Below the pieces are notes generated by a model that did not search any database, was not told where the DNA came from, and worked only from the letters and a program-made list of their open reading frames with translations. From positions 64,001-128,000 of the forward strand of contig JBFIML010000002.1 in the NCBI GenBank assembly GCA_041611735.1: 64,000 nucleotides of DNA, in the 5' to 3' direction. This DNA comes from Myxococcota bacterium (lineage in GTDB: Bacteria > Myxococcota_A > UBA9160 > PR03). Both the position numbers and the translations under genes were made by a program. Positions 1 to 9,375 of this stretch are shown one piece after another (position 1 is the first letter of the stretch; the number at the start of each line of letters is the position of its first letter).

Positions 1-51
1 TTCGAGGTGGTGCCGGCCCTCACCAAGGCCGTGAAGGAAGCCAAGGCCTAG
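1..51 (+). CDS. 3' end of probable electron transfer flavoprotein alpha subunit (partial)
   Basis: Frame 1 reads FEVVPALTKAVKEAKA*, resembling the EtfA C-terminus (DLFEVVPxL). Only 16 aa are visible. Confidence 0.55.
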   Translation, partial: FEVVPALTKAVKEAKA

Positions 52-63
52 GCCGACGACCCC

Positions 64-88
64 CGGACCGTCCCCTCGGGACGGTCCG
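64..88 (+). terminator. GC-rich hairpin after the first gene, possible terminator
   Basis: CGGACCGTCCC-ctc-GGGACGGTCCG, perfect 11-bp stem 12 nt after the stop; no U-tract. Confidence 0.45.
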
Positions 89-245
89 AAAGCCCTCTCC
101 GACGCAATCTTCGTTGACAGTCCTGCGTCGCCGGCGTAGGAAGGATGCGGGGGGATTGCCTGCCCGCATCGGATCCGCTGCTCCTGGTGGCCGCCGATCC
201 AACGCCCGGTGACGGGGACGGGGTCCACCCGGAAGGGGGAAGCCC

Positions 246-1082
246 ATTCCGCGGCGCATCGCCTTTTTGAACGAGAAGGGCGGCAGCGCGAAGACCACGC
301 TCGTCGCCAATCTTGGCGCCTACCTCGCGCTCGAGCGGGGCCGTCGCGTGCTCGCCATCGACATGGACCCCCAGGGACAGCTCGGGCCGGTCCTCGGGGT
401 CGAGGCGGCGCGGCGCGCCCACGGTTCGGCCATCGAGCTGCTGGTGGACGCGGCGCTCCGGGAAGCGCCGGACCCGACCCAGCCGGAAGGCCCTCCCGGC
501 ATGCTTCCCATCGTCCGCACCCGCATCCCGACCCTGCAGCTGATCCTCGCCAACAAGGCGCTGGGCCTGGCACCGGCCCTGGAGAGCCAGGGCGCCGATC
601 CCACCGGCCGCCTGGCCCGCCGCCTCGACGCCGCCCCGGAACTCGACGGCTACGACTTCGTCCTGGTGGACGGCCCTCCCTCCTTCGGACCGCTCACGCT
701 CAACGTGCTGCGGGCCGTGGAAGAGGTCGTGGTGCCGGTGCCCCTCACCTTCCTCGCCCTCGACGGCTGCGCCCAGATCCTGCGCACGATCTCGACGGTG
801 CGCATGCGCTACGAGCACCCGCGTCTCGTCATCACCATGGTGGTGCCCACCTTCTATCGACGCACCCGCATGGCCAACCAGGTGCTGGAGCGCCTGAAGG
901 CCCGCTTCTCGAAGGAGCTCTCCCAGCAGGTACTCGGCTTCCACGTGAAGATCGACGAGGCCTCCTCCCACGGGCTCTCGGTCTTCGAGTATGCGCCGCG
1001 GGACCGCGGGGCCCGCGCCCTCGCGGCGCTGGCCGAGGAGCTCGAGGCGCGGCGACCGGCCAACGAGGAGGCGACGAGCTGA
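246..1082 (+). CDS. ParA/Soj/MinD-family ATPase (orphan)
   Basis: Deviant Walker A NEKGGSAKTT, DMDPQG, DGPPSFG. The conserved strand RRIAFL lies upstream of the ORF-track TTG (267). ATT at 246 follows GGAAGGGGG; in-frame stop at 210-212. Confidence 0.9.
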   Translation: MPRRIAFLNEKGGSAKTTLVANLGAYLALERGRRVLAIDMDPQGQLGPVLGVEAARRAHGSAIELLVDAALREAPDPTQPEGPPGMLPIVRTRIPTLQLILANKALGLAPALESQGADPTGRLARRLDAAPELDGYDFVLVDGPPSFGPLTLNVLRAVEEVVVPVPLTFLALDGCAQILRTISTVRMRYEHPRLVITMVVPTFYRRTRMANQVLERLKARFSKELSQQVLGFHVKIDEASSHGLSVFEYAPRDRGARALAALAEELEARRPANEEATS

Positions 1083-2194
1083 TGCGGATCGAGGAGCCGC
1101 CGCGCGGCCGGCCGGACCCGGATCCGCCCGTGGCCCCGGAGCCCGGCGTGGCCCCGACGGTGCTCGGGTCCGATCCGTTCGAAGAGGCCGGCCCCGATCC
1201 CCTGACGGACTGGCTGGATGCCCTGGAACGCGTGGCTGCCCGAGCCGCCACCACGCGAGAGGTATCGCGCCGCAACGGACGCCCCCTGGCCCAGGTGCCC
1301 CCGGCGGCGCCGGAGCTGCCGCCGCGCCGGGGCGTGCCGCTCACCGAGGTGGAGCTCCCTCCCGAGGCGCGGGGACTCGAGCGGCTGATCGGGGACGAGC
1401 CGCGGCGGCGGCTCGCGGCGCTCCTGGCCGGCCTGGGCGAGGCGGAGGCCTACGACCGCTTCGGCCTCTCGCCCGCCGCCCTGCGCCGGGCCTTCCCGGC
1501 GGTGTACGCGCTCTATCGCTTCTATTTCCGCGTGCGCAGCACCGGCCACGAGCGCCTGCCCGTCGACGGGCCGGCGGTGCTGGCGACGAACCACGCCGGC
1601 CTGCTGCCCTTCGACGGCGCCATGACCGTGCTCGACGTGCTGCTCCACACGGACCCCCCGCGGCTGCCCCGCGCCATCGTGGATCGCTGGGCCGGGTCGC
1701 TTCCCTTCGTGAACGTCTTCTTCGCCCGCGTCGGCCAGGTGGTGGGCACGCGCGAGAACTTCGCCGCGCTGCTGGAGGATGGTGAGCTCGTGCTGGTCTT
1801 CCCGGAGGGCATGGAGGGCATCCGCAAGACCGTCACCCAACGCTATCGCCTGCAACGCTTCCACGTGGGCTTCGTGGAGCAGGCCCTACGCGCACGCGCC
1901 CCGATCGTCCCCGTGGCGGTGATCGGGAGCGACGACCAGACGCCGATCCTGTACGACGTGAAGCCCCTGGCGCGACGCCTCGGGCTTCCGGTGGCGCCGA
2001 TCACGCCCACCTTCCCGTGGCTGGGCCCGCTGGGGCTCCTGCCCTATCCCGTCGGCTACCACATCGTGTACGGAGAGCCGCTCCGCTTCCACGAGCGCTT
2101 CGGTCCCGACGCCGCCGAGGACACGCCGCTGGTCCGTGCCCTGGCGAGCCAGGTACGACGCGCCGTGCAGCTTCTCATCGACCGGAACCGCTGA
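1082..2194 (+). CDS. Lysophospholipid/glycerolipid acyltransferase (PlsC/DGAT-like)
   Basis: NHAGLLPFD, VFPEG and APIVPVAV motifs; ATG overlaps the ParA stop (TGATG). Confidence 0.88.
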   Translation: MRIEEPPRGRPDPDPPVAPEPGVAPTVLGSDPFEEAGPDPLTDWLDALERVAARAATTREVSRRNGRPLAQVPPAAPELPPRRGVPLTEVELPPEARGLERLIGDEPRRRLAALLAGLGEAEAYDRFGLSPAALRRAFPAVYALYRFYFRVRSTGHERLPVDGPAVLATNHAGLLPFDGAMTVLDVLLHTDPPRLPRAIVDRWAGSLPFVNVFFARVGQVVGTRENFAALLEDGELVLVFPEGMEGIRKTVTQRYRLQRFHVGFVEQALRARAPIVPVAVIGSDDQTPILYDVKPLARRLGLPVAPITPTFPWLGPLGLLPYPVGYHIVYGEPLRFHERFGPDAAEDTPLVRALASQVRRAVQLLIDRNR

Positions 2195-3204
2195 TGCCGA
2201 ACGTCCTCGTGACCCATGCGGACGAGCCCCTCGGGCGTCGCGTCGTCAAGCTGCTCTGGCACGACGACCGGGTGGGCCGCATCTTCGCGGTGGGAAGCGG
2301 ACCGGCTCCCCGAGCCTACGACCGCTACCGGGTCGGAGCCCTCCCGCGCCTGCACTACGCCCGGGCCGACCTGGCCCGACACCGGCCCGTGGCAGACCTG
2401 TTCCGCTCCAAGCGGCTGCGGGACGCGGCCGTGGACACGGTCGTGCACGTGCCCCAGCACGCGGTGCCGTCCAGCGACCGTCCGGTGGTCGCGCGGGTCC
2501 CGGGCCGGACCGCCGAGGCGCGCCTCGTGCTGCAGCATGCGCTCGAGTCGCGCAGCATCCGCGCCCTGGTGGGCCTGGGCAGCGCCTTCGTCTACCGGCT
2601 CGCTCCGGGCAATGCCAACCGGATGCTCGAGACGAGCGAGCTCGACCTGGACCCCGACGTGCCGCCGGAGATCCGCTCCTGGATCGATTGCGACATGCTC
2701 TTCCATGGCGAGATCGGAAGCCCCCGGCTGCGGGTGGTGCTGCTGCGGGTGCCGACGGTGCTGGCCTCGGGGGGTTACGTGTACCTGCACCCCGGTCTGG
2801 CGGGACGCTCCGGCCCCCGGCTGCGCGCCGCCGGGTTCGACCCGTTGTGCACGGTGATCGCCGACAAGGACGTGGCCCGTGCGGCCCAGGCGGCCATCCA
2901 CTCCGACTCGGCAGGCGTGTTCAACGTGTCGGGCCACGAGGCGGTGCCCCTCTCCGTGCTGGGGCGCTGGACCGGCCGGCGCGGCCTGCCCGTGCCCGGC
3001 CCCGTGCTCGGCCTCGCGTCCCGGGTCGCGGCCCGACTCGCCGGAGAAGTGGCGCGGGACCTGCTGGATGGTCGTCACCTGCGCTACGGATTCACCCTCG
3101 ACACGCGGCGGGCCGAGCGCGTGCTCCAGTTCCGTCCCGCCTATCGCATCGGCCTGGCGCGGGCCGGCGACGGCGCGATGCGCCTCGAGGCGGTGCCCGC
3201 CTAG
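2194..3204 (+). CDS. NAD-dependent epimerase/dehydratase-like extended SDR with degenerate motifs
   Basis: NVLVTHADEPLG Rossmann-like start, VVLLRVPTV, DVARA, GVFNV; coupled by TGATG. Confidence 0.75.
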   Translation: MPNVLVTHADEPLGRRVVKLLWHDDRVGRIFAVGSGPAPRAYDRYRVGALPRLHYARADLARHRPVADLFRSKRLRDAAVDTVVHVPQHAVPSSDRPVVARVPGRTAEARLVLQHALESRSIRALVGLGSAFVYRLAPGNANRMLETSELDLDPDVPPEIRSWIDCDMLFHGEIGSPRLRVVLLRVPTVLASGGYVYLHPGLAGRSGPRLRAAGFDPLCTVIADKDVARAAQAAIHSDSAGVFNVSGHEAVPLSVLGRWTGRRGLPVPGPVLGLASRVAARLAGEVARDLLDGRHLRYGFTLDTRRAERVLQFRPAYRIGLARAGDGAMRLEAVPA

Positions 3205-3278
3205 CGGGCCCGGCACCGTCGGCTATCTTCCGGCCACCCTCCCGGATCCCGAGCCGATTCCACGCGTCGGAAGGCAGC

Positions 3279-3842
3279 ATGGCCGTCGATACATCCCAAT
3301 TCCGCAACGGACTCAAGATCGAGCTGGACGGCGAGCCTTTCGTGATCGTCTTCTTCCAGCACGTGAAGCCGGGCAAGGGAGGCGCCTTCGTGCGCACCAA
3401 GGTGAAGAACCTGCGCACGGGACGCGTCCTGGACCGCACGTTTCGCTCCGGCGAGCGGATCGCGGAAGCCGACGTCGAGGACCGGAAGATGCAGTACCTG
3501 TACCGGGACGGCGAGCAGTACGTCTTCATGGACACCACGAGCTACGACCAGATCCCCTTCTCGCCGGACCAGCTGGGCGATGCGACCCGCTACCTGCAGG
3601 AGAACGTGCAGGTGGACGTCCTGTTCTGGCGCGGCAAGCCGCTCCAGATCGAGCTGCCGGCCTTCATCGAGGCCCGCATCACCCAATGCGACCCGGGCGT
3701 GCGGGGCGATACCGCCTCCGGCGCCACCAAGCCGGCGACCCTCGAGACCGGCGCCGTCGTGCAGGTGCCGCTCTTCGTCAAGGAAGGCGAGACGATCCGA
3801 GTCGACACCCGGACCGGCCAGTACGTCGAGCGGGTGGGCTGA
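3279..3842 (+). CDS. efp: Translation elongation factor P
   Basis: QHVKPGKGGAFVRTK, KPATLETG, VPLFV, RVDTRTGQY. Confidence 0.98.
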   Translation: MAVDTSQFRNGLKIELDGEPFVIVFFQHVKPGKGGAFVRTKVKNLRTGRVLDRTFRSGERIAEADVEDRKMQYLYRDGEQYVFMDTTSYDQIPFSPDQLGDATRYLQENVQVDVLFWRGKPLQIELPAFIEARITQCDPGVRGDTASGATKPATLETGAVVQVPLFVKEGETIRVDTRTGQYVERVG

Positions 3843-3850
3843 GGGCGGAG

Positions 3851-5116
3851 GTGACGGCGTCTCCGCCGGACGGCCGCCCGCGACGCGCGGTGGTCCTCTC
3901 GGGGGGTGGCGCCCGCGGCGCCTACGAGGCCGGGGTCCTGCGCTTCGTGCTCGACGAGCTGCCCGCCCGCCTCGGTCACGCTCCCCGCTTCGACCTGATC
4001 TGCGGCACCTCCGTGGGCGCGATCCACGCCTGCTACCTGGCGGCCACCGCCCACCAGGAGGCCAAGCGCGGCGAGGAGCTGACACGGGCCTGGCAGGCCC
4101 TGCGACTCGACGAGATGCTTCCGGTCGCGCCCGGCGACCTGTTCCGGCTGCCCGGCCGGCTGCTCGGCCTGCGGCGCATCGCCCGCGACCTGCGCAGCGG
4201 CCGTCTGCCCGAGCGCCTGTACGGTCTGGTCGACCCGCGCCCCCTGGAACGGGTGGTGCTGCGCACGATCCCCTGGCGCTCCATCCGGCGCAACGTGGAG
4301 CAGGGACAGATCACGGCCCTGGCCGTGGCCGCGACGCAGATCTCCACCGGCCGCGCGGTCGTGTTCGTGGAGAACCGAACGCGCCGCATCCCAGGCTGGA
4401 CCCGGGATCCCTTCACGGTGGCGCGCCCCGCCCGCATCGGACCCTCCCACGCGCTGGCCTCGGCGGCGATCCCGATCCTGTTCCCGGCCGTGCGTGTCGG
4501 CAGCACCTACTACGCGGACGGCGGGCTGCGGCTGAACACCCCACTCGCCCCGGCGCTGCGGCTGGGAGCAGAACGGGTCCTCGTCATCGTGCCCCGGCGT
4601 GCCCACTCCGAACGCATCGACGCGGAGCTGGGCGAGGCGCGGGTGGAGTCGTACGGGAATCCGCTGTTCCTGTTCGGCAAGGTGCTGGACGCCCTGCTGC
4701 TCGACCACATCGAGACCGACCTGGCGCAGATGCGGCTCTTGAACGAGATCCTGCGCGACGGAGTCGAGGCGTTCGGCGACGAGTTCCTGGCCCGCATCAA
4801 CGCGGTGGCGAAGCGCACGCGCGGACAGGGGTTCCGCCTGGTGGACGACGTGGTCGTCCGGCCGGGCAGCGACCTCGGCGTGCTGGCGGGCCAGGTGCTG
4901 CAGGCGCAGGGGACCCGCCAGCGCATCTCGCCGCTGCTGCGGCTGTTCCTGCGCGCCCTGCCCACTGCGGAGGGCCCGGTGGAGGCGGATCTGCTCTCGT
5001 ATCTGCTGTTCGACACCGAGTACGTCTCGACCCTCGTCGAGCTCGGCTGGGCGGACGCCAAGGCCCGGGAAGAGGAGCTGGCGCGCTTCTTCTCGGACGA
5101 CCTGGCGGCGGCGTAG
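3851..5116 (+). CDS. Patatin-like phospholipase
   Basis: LSGGGARGAY, GTSVG (GxSxG), ASAAIP, DGG. Confidence 0.93.
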   Translation: MTASPPDGRPRRAVVLSGGGARGAYEAGVLRFVLDELPARLGHAPRFDLICGTSVGAIHACYLAATAHQEAKRGEELTRAWQALRLDEMLPVAPGDLFRLPGRLLGLRRIARDLRSGRLPERLYGLVDPRPLERVVLRTIPWRSIRRNVEQGQITALAVAATQISTGRAVVFVENRTRRIPGWTRDPFTVARPARIGPSHALASAAIPILFPAVRVGSTYYADGGLRLNTPLAPALRLGAERVLVIVPRRAHSERIDAELGEARVESYGNPLFLFGKVLDALLLDHIETDLAQMRLLNEILRDGVEAFGDEFLARINAVAKRTRGQGFRLVDDVVVRPGSDLGVLAGQVLQAQGTRQRISPLLRLFLRALPTAEGPVEADLLSYLLFDTEYVSTLVELGWADAKAREEELARFFSDDLAAA

Positions 5117-5118
5117 CG

Positions 5119-6138
5119 GTGCGAGGCGAGCAGCTCGCCCGGCAGTGGCGCCTGATCCAGCGGCTGGCGCGCAGCCGCGCTGGAGTGGGCCTCGACGTCC
5201 TGGCCGAGGAGCTCGAGTGCGTGCGGCGCACCGTCTACCGGGACCTGGACGCCCTCATGATGGCGGGCTTCCCGCTGCTGAGCGAGCGCCGCGACGGGCG
5301 CGTCTACTACCGGTTCCTGGACACCTTCCGCCTGGGCGACGTGCCGTTCACGGCCGACGAGATCCTGGCCCTCGCCTTCGGCGAGGACCTGCTGCGCACC
5401 CTGGAGGGCACGGTCTTCCACGACTCGATCCGCTCGGCCCTGGAGAAGATCCGGGCCGCCCTGGGGCCCGAGGTCTCCGCCTACCTGGCCCGGCTGGGTC
5501 AGTCGTTTCGGGTGCTGCCGGGACCCCACAAGAGCTATGCCCACCAGCGCGACACGATCCGCGCCCTGAACGAGGCGGTGCTGGACCGACGCACCCTGCG
5601 CATCCGCTACCGCACCGGACGCACCGGCAAGGAGGGCGACCGCGAGCTGGATGCCTACCGGGTCTGGTACCGGGACGGGGCGCTGTACGTGGTCGGGCAC
5701 GATCATCACTCCGGAGAGATCCGCACCTTCGCCGTGGACCGCATTCTCCGCCTGGCCACCACGTCGAAGCGCTTCGAGATTCCCGAGAGCTTCGACTTCG
5801 ACGCCTACATGGGCTCTTCGTTCGGGGTGATCGCGGAGCCCGCCGTGCCGGTGCGGATCCGGTTCGACCCGCGTTGGGCCGAATGGGTGGCCGAGCGCAC
5901 CTGGCACCCGAGCCAGCAGCTCGAGCGTCTGGCGGACGGAAGCCTCGAGCTGCGCATGCAGGTGGGCGGGAACGCCGAGCTGCGGGGCTGGGTGCTCTCG
6001 TTCGGATCCGGCGCCGAGGTGCTCGAGCCCGAGGCCCTGCGGAGCGAGGTGCGCCGCGAGCTGGCCCTGGCCCTGGCCCGCTACGAGCGCGGCGGCCGGC
6101 CTCGCGTCACCCGGCCTGCCCGGACGCCCGGTCCCTAG
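5119..6138 (+). CDS. HTH-WYL transcriptional regulator (YafY/PafBC-like)
   Basis: N-terminal wHTH (RTVYRDLDAL), WYL-like WYRDGALYVVG...RTFAVDRI, C-terminal WCX (WVLSFGSGAEVLEP). Confidence 0.92.
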   Translation: MRGEQLARQWRLIQRLARSRAGVGLDVLAEELECVRRTVYRDLDALMMAGFPLLSERRDGRVYYRFLDTFRLGDVPFTADEILALAFGEDLLRTLEGTVFHDSIRSALEKIRAALGPEVSAYLARLGQSFRVLPGPHKSYAHQRDTIRALNEAVLDRRTLRIRYRTGRTGKEGDRELDAYRVWYRDGALYVVGHDHHSGEIRTFAVDRILRLATTSKRFEIPESFDFDAYMGSSFGVIAEPAVPVRIRFDPRWAEWVAERTWHPSQQLERLADGSLELRMQVGGNAELRGWVLSFGSGAEVLEPEALRSEVRRELALALARYERGGRPRVTRPARTPGP

Positions 6139-7195
6139 AGGCCGCCCGCCGCGCCGGGCCCTCGGAGCCCACCATCATGCCGAGGCTGCGGTAGCGCTCC
6201 TCGCTGCGTTCGGTGATCAACCCGAGCGCCCGCAGGTTCGGAATCACCGTGTGCATGTAGACCAGGCTGTTCAGCTCCGCGAAGTTCGGAAGCTGCAGCG
6301 TTGCTCGCACCACCGCATCCGGGTCGATGTCGTACTTCGGCCCCAGCAGATGGAGCATGTCGAGCTGCTGGTTCGCGTTGAGCGCCTCCAGGACGCTGAA
6401 CGCCCAGTCCTCCATCTCGGCGAGCTCCTCGGGCTCCGCCTCGCGCACGGCGCGGCGCATGCAGAGGACGCCGAACGCCGCATGGCGTGACTCGTCCTGC
6501 TCGACGCGGCGGATCATCTCCTTGAGCAGCGGCTGCTCCGTCTCGCGGCGCATCAGGTCGAAGATGCCCACGGCCATGCCCTCGAATAGGCACTGCATGC
6601 CCAGCGTCTTCTTGCGCGCCGTTTCCGCACGGAGCAGCTCGTCCAGCAGGATCTTGAGGGTCGGTCCGATCGGGTAGATGGTCCCCATCTTGCGTTGGAG
6701 GAACTTGGCGATCGCCTCCACGTGGCGGGCCTCGTCCGCCACCTGACTGGCCGCATACCACTTCTCGTCCATCTTGGTGCACGCGTTGGTGAGCTGGCCG
6801 CACAGCTGCAGGGCTGCCTGCTCGCCGTGAAGGAGCTGGGAGAGCACGTGGGCGAGCTCGTCGAAGGCGGCGGCCCGCTGGGTGGCCTCGTCCCGACCCA
6901 TGAGCCGCAGCACCTGCGCCAGCAGGGAAGCCCGTGGCTGGACGACCCAGGCGTCCTTCGAGACGGGGATCGACCAGTCCAGATCCCGCTCGGCGTTCCA
7001 CTGGTTCACCTTCCCCTTCTCGTAGAGGTTGCGCAGCTCCTCCACCTGCTGGCCGTACTCCCAGGTCCAGTTCAGCTCGAGGGGCACCGCCACGTCGGTC
7101 TGGCGGCGCAGCCGCTCGATCTCTTCGGTGTCCACGAACTCCACCACCTCGAAGTCTCCGAAGCGCCGCCGGTGCTCCCGGATCAGCTTGTCCAC
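6107..7195 (-). CDS. Ferritin-like diiron-carboxylate protein (AurF/desaturase-like)
   Basis: HGEQAAL, DEARH, FEGMA, DESRH: two ExxH motifs plus two additional Glu. Confidence 0.85.
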   Translation of the reverse strand: MDKLIREHRRRFGDFEVVEFVDTEEIERLRRQTDVAVPLELNWTWEYGQQVEELRNLYEKGKVNQWNAERDLDWSIPVSKDAWVVQPRASLLAQVLRLMGRDEATQRAAAFDELAHVLSQLLHGEQAALQLCGQLTNACTKMDEKWYAASQVADEARHVEAIAKFLQRKMGTIYPIGPTLKILLDELLRAETARKKTLGMQCLFEGMAVGIFDLMRRETEQPLLKEMIRRVEQDESRHAAFGVLCMRRAVREAEPEELAEMEDWAFSVLEALNANQQLDMLHLLGPKYDIDPDAVVRATLQLPNFAELNSLVYMHTVIPNLRALGLITERSEERYRSLGMMVGSEGPARRAASRDRASGQAG

Positions 7196-7869
7196 CTGGG
7201 TTCCTCCCCTTCGTACGAAGCCCGCGCGGCGAGCCCGTGCTGCAAGAGCGCCTTCACCTCGCGCTTTCGGCGCGCCACCGCCTCGGCCGAGAGCAGCGGA
7301 CCGCCGAGCAGCCCTTCGCCGAACTCGCCCGAGGCGAAGTGGTAGACCGTGGCGCCGATCAGGCTCTGGATGGTGTGCGCCGTGGAGACGCGGCGGAACT
7401 CGCCGCGGGCACGTCCCTGGCGCAGGAGGCCGCCGATGCCCGAGAGGATGCCCTCGAGGCGCCGCTGGGCGGCGGCGCCCTCCGGCCAGGCCTCCGCGTC
7501 GAAGTCGTCGTCCTCGAAGAGCGCCCGCAGCAGGAGTCGCGCCGCAGGCGGATCCTCGACGAGGGCGTCGATGAGCCCGTCCAGCCAGCGGTCGAGCCGC
7601 ATGCCCGCGTCGCCGGGCGCGTCCAGGCAGGAAGCGAGCCGCTGCTCCAGGCTCTCGAGCACGCGCTCGATCACCGCCAGGTAGAGCTGGGCCTTGGCCC
7701 GGAAGTGGTGGAAGAGCGAGGACTTGCCGAGCCCGGCGGCGTCGGCCACCTCCTGCATGCCGACCCCGGCGAAGCCGCGCCGGGCAAACAGCACCTCGGC
7801 CACCACGAGGATCTTGTCCCGGGAGGGCGACGGCGCCGGGGCGGGCCCGCGCGCGGGCGCTCGGTCCAT
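7183..7869 (-). CDS. TetR-family transcriptional regulator
   Basis: ILVVAEVLFARRGFAGVGMQEVADAAGLGKSSLFHHF HTH; SD GAGGAG before ATG 7869. Confidence 0.93.
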   Translation of the reverse strand: MDRAPARGPAPAPSPSRDKILVVAEVLFARRGFAGVGMQEVADAAGLGKSSLFHHFRAKAQLYLAVIERVLESLEQRLASCLDAPGDAGMRLDRWLDGLIDALVEDPPAARLLLRALFEDDDFDAEAWPEGAAAQRRLEGILSGIGGLLRQGRARGEFRRVSTAHTIQSLIGATVYHFASGEFGEGLLGGPLLSAEAVARRKREVKALLQHGLAARASYEGEEPRWTS

Positions 7870-7883
7870 GCTGACTCCTCGGC

Positions 7884-7899
7884 CCGACCGATCGGTCGG
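7884..7899. promoter_or_regulatory. Putative TetR operator (perfect 16-bp palindrome)
   Basis: CCGACCGATCGGTCGG, 14 nt upstream of the tetR start codon. Confidence 0.7.
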
Positions 7900-7947
7900 T
7901 TCAGCTCCAAGGTAGGCCGGCGCCCGCGACCGCGTCAACGGGGCCGG

Positions 7948-9375
7948 CTAGGGCTGCACCACCTGCACGGGGCCGAGATCCGCCAGCTGGGGGCGGAGCG
8001 CCTGGGCCGGGCCCACCACGACGATGGCAGCCCGCTGCGGGTGGAGACGGGTGCGCGCGGCTCGCGCCACGTCGTCGGGGCCCACCGCCCGAACGCGCGA
8101 GCGGTAGGTGTCGAGGGCGTCCGGGGGCAGGCCGTAGACCTCCAGGTCCACCAGGCTGCCGGCGATGGCGGCCGCGGTCTCGAGCTCCAGGGCGAAGCTG
8201 CCGGCCGCGTAGCTCTTGGCCGTCTCCAGCTCCGCGGGACTCGGCGGCTCCTGCTGCATGCGCACGAGCTCGGCCAGGACGAGATCCACCACCTTCCGCG
8301 TCTCCGGGACTCGCGTGAAGGTGCCCACGGTGAACGGCCCCGGCTGCCGCCGGAGCGAGAAGCCCGAGCCGACGGCGTAGGTCAACCCCTCCCCGGACCG
8401 CACCCGCACCATGAGGCGCGAGAGGAAGCCGCTCCCACCCAGCACGTCGTTCATGAGGCCGGCGGCCACGCGCTCGGGATCGCTGCGCGCCATGCCCTCG
8501 TGGCCGATCACGATCTGGGCCTGGTTGAGGTCGGGACGGTCCACGATCACGACCCGACGCTCGGGAGGAGCCGGCGCCGGCGGCTCCGGGGTGAGCCGCG
8601 ACAGGTCGCCCGACGGCCAGTCTCCCAGGGCAGCCCGGGCGAACGCCTCGATCTCGGCGCGCCCCACGTCGCCCACGGCGAACAGGATCGCATCGCGGGC
8701 GCCGAAGGCCTGCGCGTGGAAGGCGCGCACCGCGGGAGCGTCGAGCCCGGCCACGGTCTCCGAGGTGCCCTCCAGGGGCAGCCCGTAGCGGTGATCCGGG
8801 TAGAGGGCCCGCAGGAAGGCCCAGCCCGCCAGGGTGCCCGGATCGTCCTTGGCCCGCTCGAGGGCGGCGAGCCGCTCCGAGCGGGCGCGCTCCGCCTCCG
8901 GGGCTTCGAAGCGTGGGCGACGCACCACGTCCACCAGCAACCCGAGCAGGGCGTCCCGGTCCTCGGACAGCCCCGAGAGCAGCACCCGGGTGGAGTCCCA
9001 GCCGGCCGAGACGGCCAGATCGGCGCCCAGGTCGTCCACCGCCCGCGCCAGGGCCAAAGCGTCCCGTTCGCCGGCGCCCCGCTCCATCAGGTCGGCGGTC
9101 AGGCTGGCGAGGCCCGCCCGCTCGCGCTCTTCCACGCCGGCGCCGCGCGGGACCACGAGGCCGAGCCGGAGCCGGGGCAGGCGCCGATCCTCGAGCACCA
9201 GCACCTGGAGGCCGTTCGGCAAGGTCGTGCGGTACAAACGCTCGCCGGGCACCACCGGCCCTTCGCGCACCGGGGGCGGCGGGCGCTCCCAGGCCGGCGC
9301 CGGCTCGAGCCAGGCGCAGGCCGCCGCAAGCAGGGCCACGGCTCCGAGCGCCGCCGCTTCCTGGAGCGCCCTCAC
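7948..9375 (-). CDS. M16B peptidase, non-catalytic subunit; possible lipoprotein
   Basis: TLPNGLQV, lacks HxxEH, has RSGEGLTY; N-terminal hydrophobic LLAAAC. Confidence 0.88.
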   Translation of the reverse strand: MRALQEAAALGAVALLAAACAWLEPAPAWERPPPPVREGPVVPGERLYRTTLPNGLQVLVLEDRRLPRLRLGLVVPRGAGVEERERAGLASLTADLMERGAGERDALALARAVDDLGADLAVSAGWDSTRVLLSGLSEDRDALLGLLVDVVRRPRFEAPEAERARSERLAALERAKDDPGTLAGWAFLRALYPDHRYGLPLEGTSETVAGLDAPAVRAFHAQAFGARDAILFAVGDVGRAEIEAFARAALGDWPSGDLSRLTPEPPAPAPPERRVVIVDRPDLNQAQIVIGHEGMARSDPERVAAGLMNDVLGGSGFLSRLMVRVRSGEGLTYAVGSGFSLRRQPGPFTVGTFTRVPETRKVVDLVLAELVRMQQEPPSPAELETAKSYAAGSFALELETAAAIAGSLVDLEVYGLPPDALDTYRSRVRAVGPDDVARAARTRLHPQRAAIVVVGPAQALRPQLADLGPVQVVQP

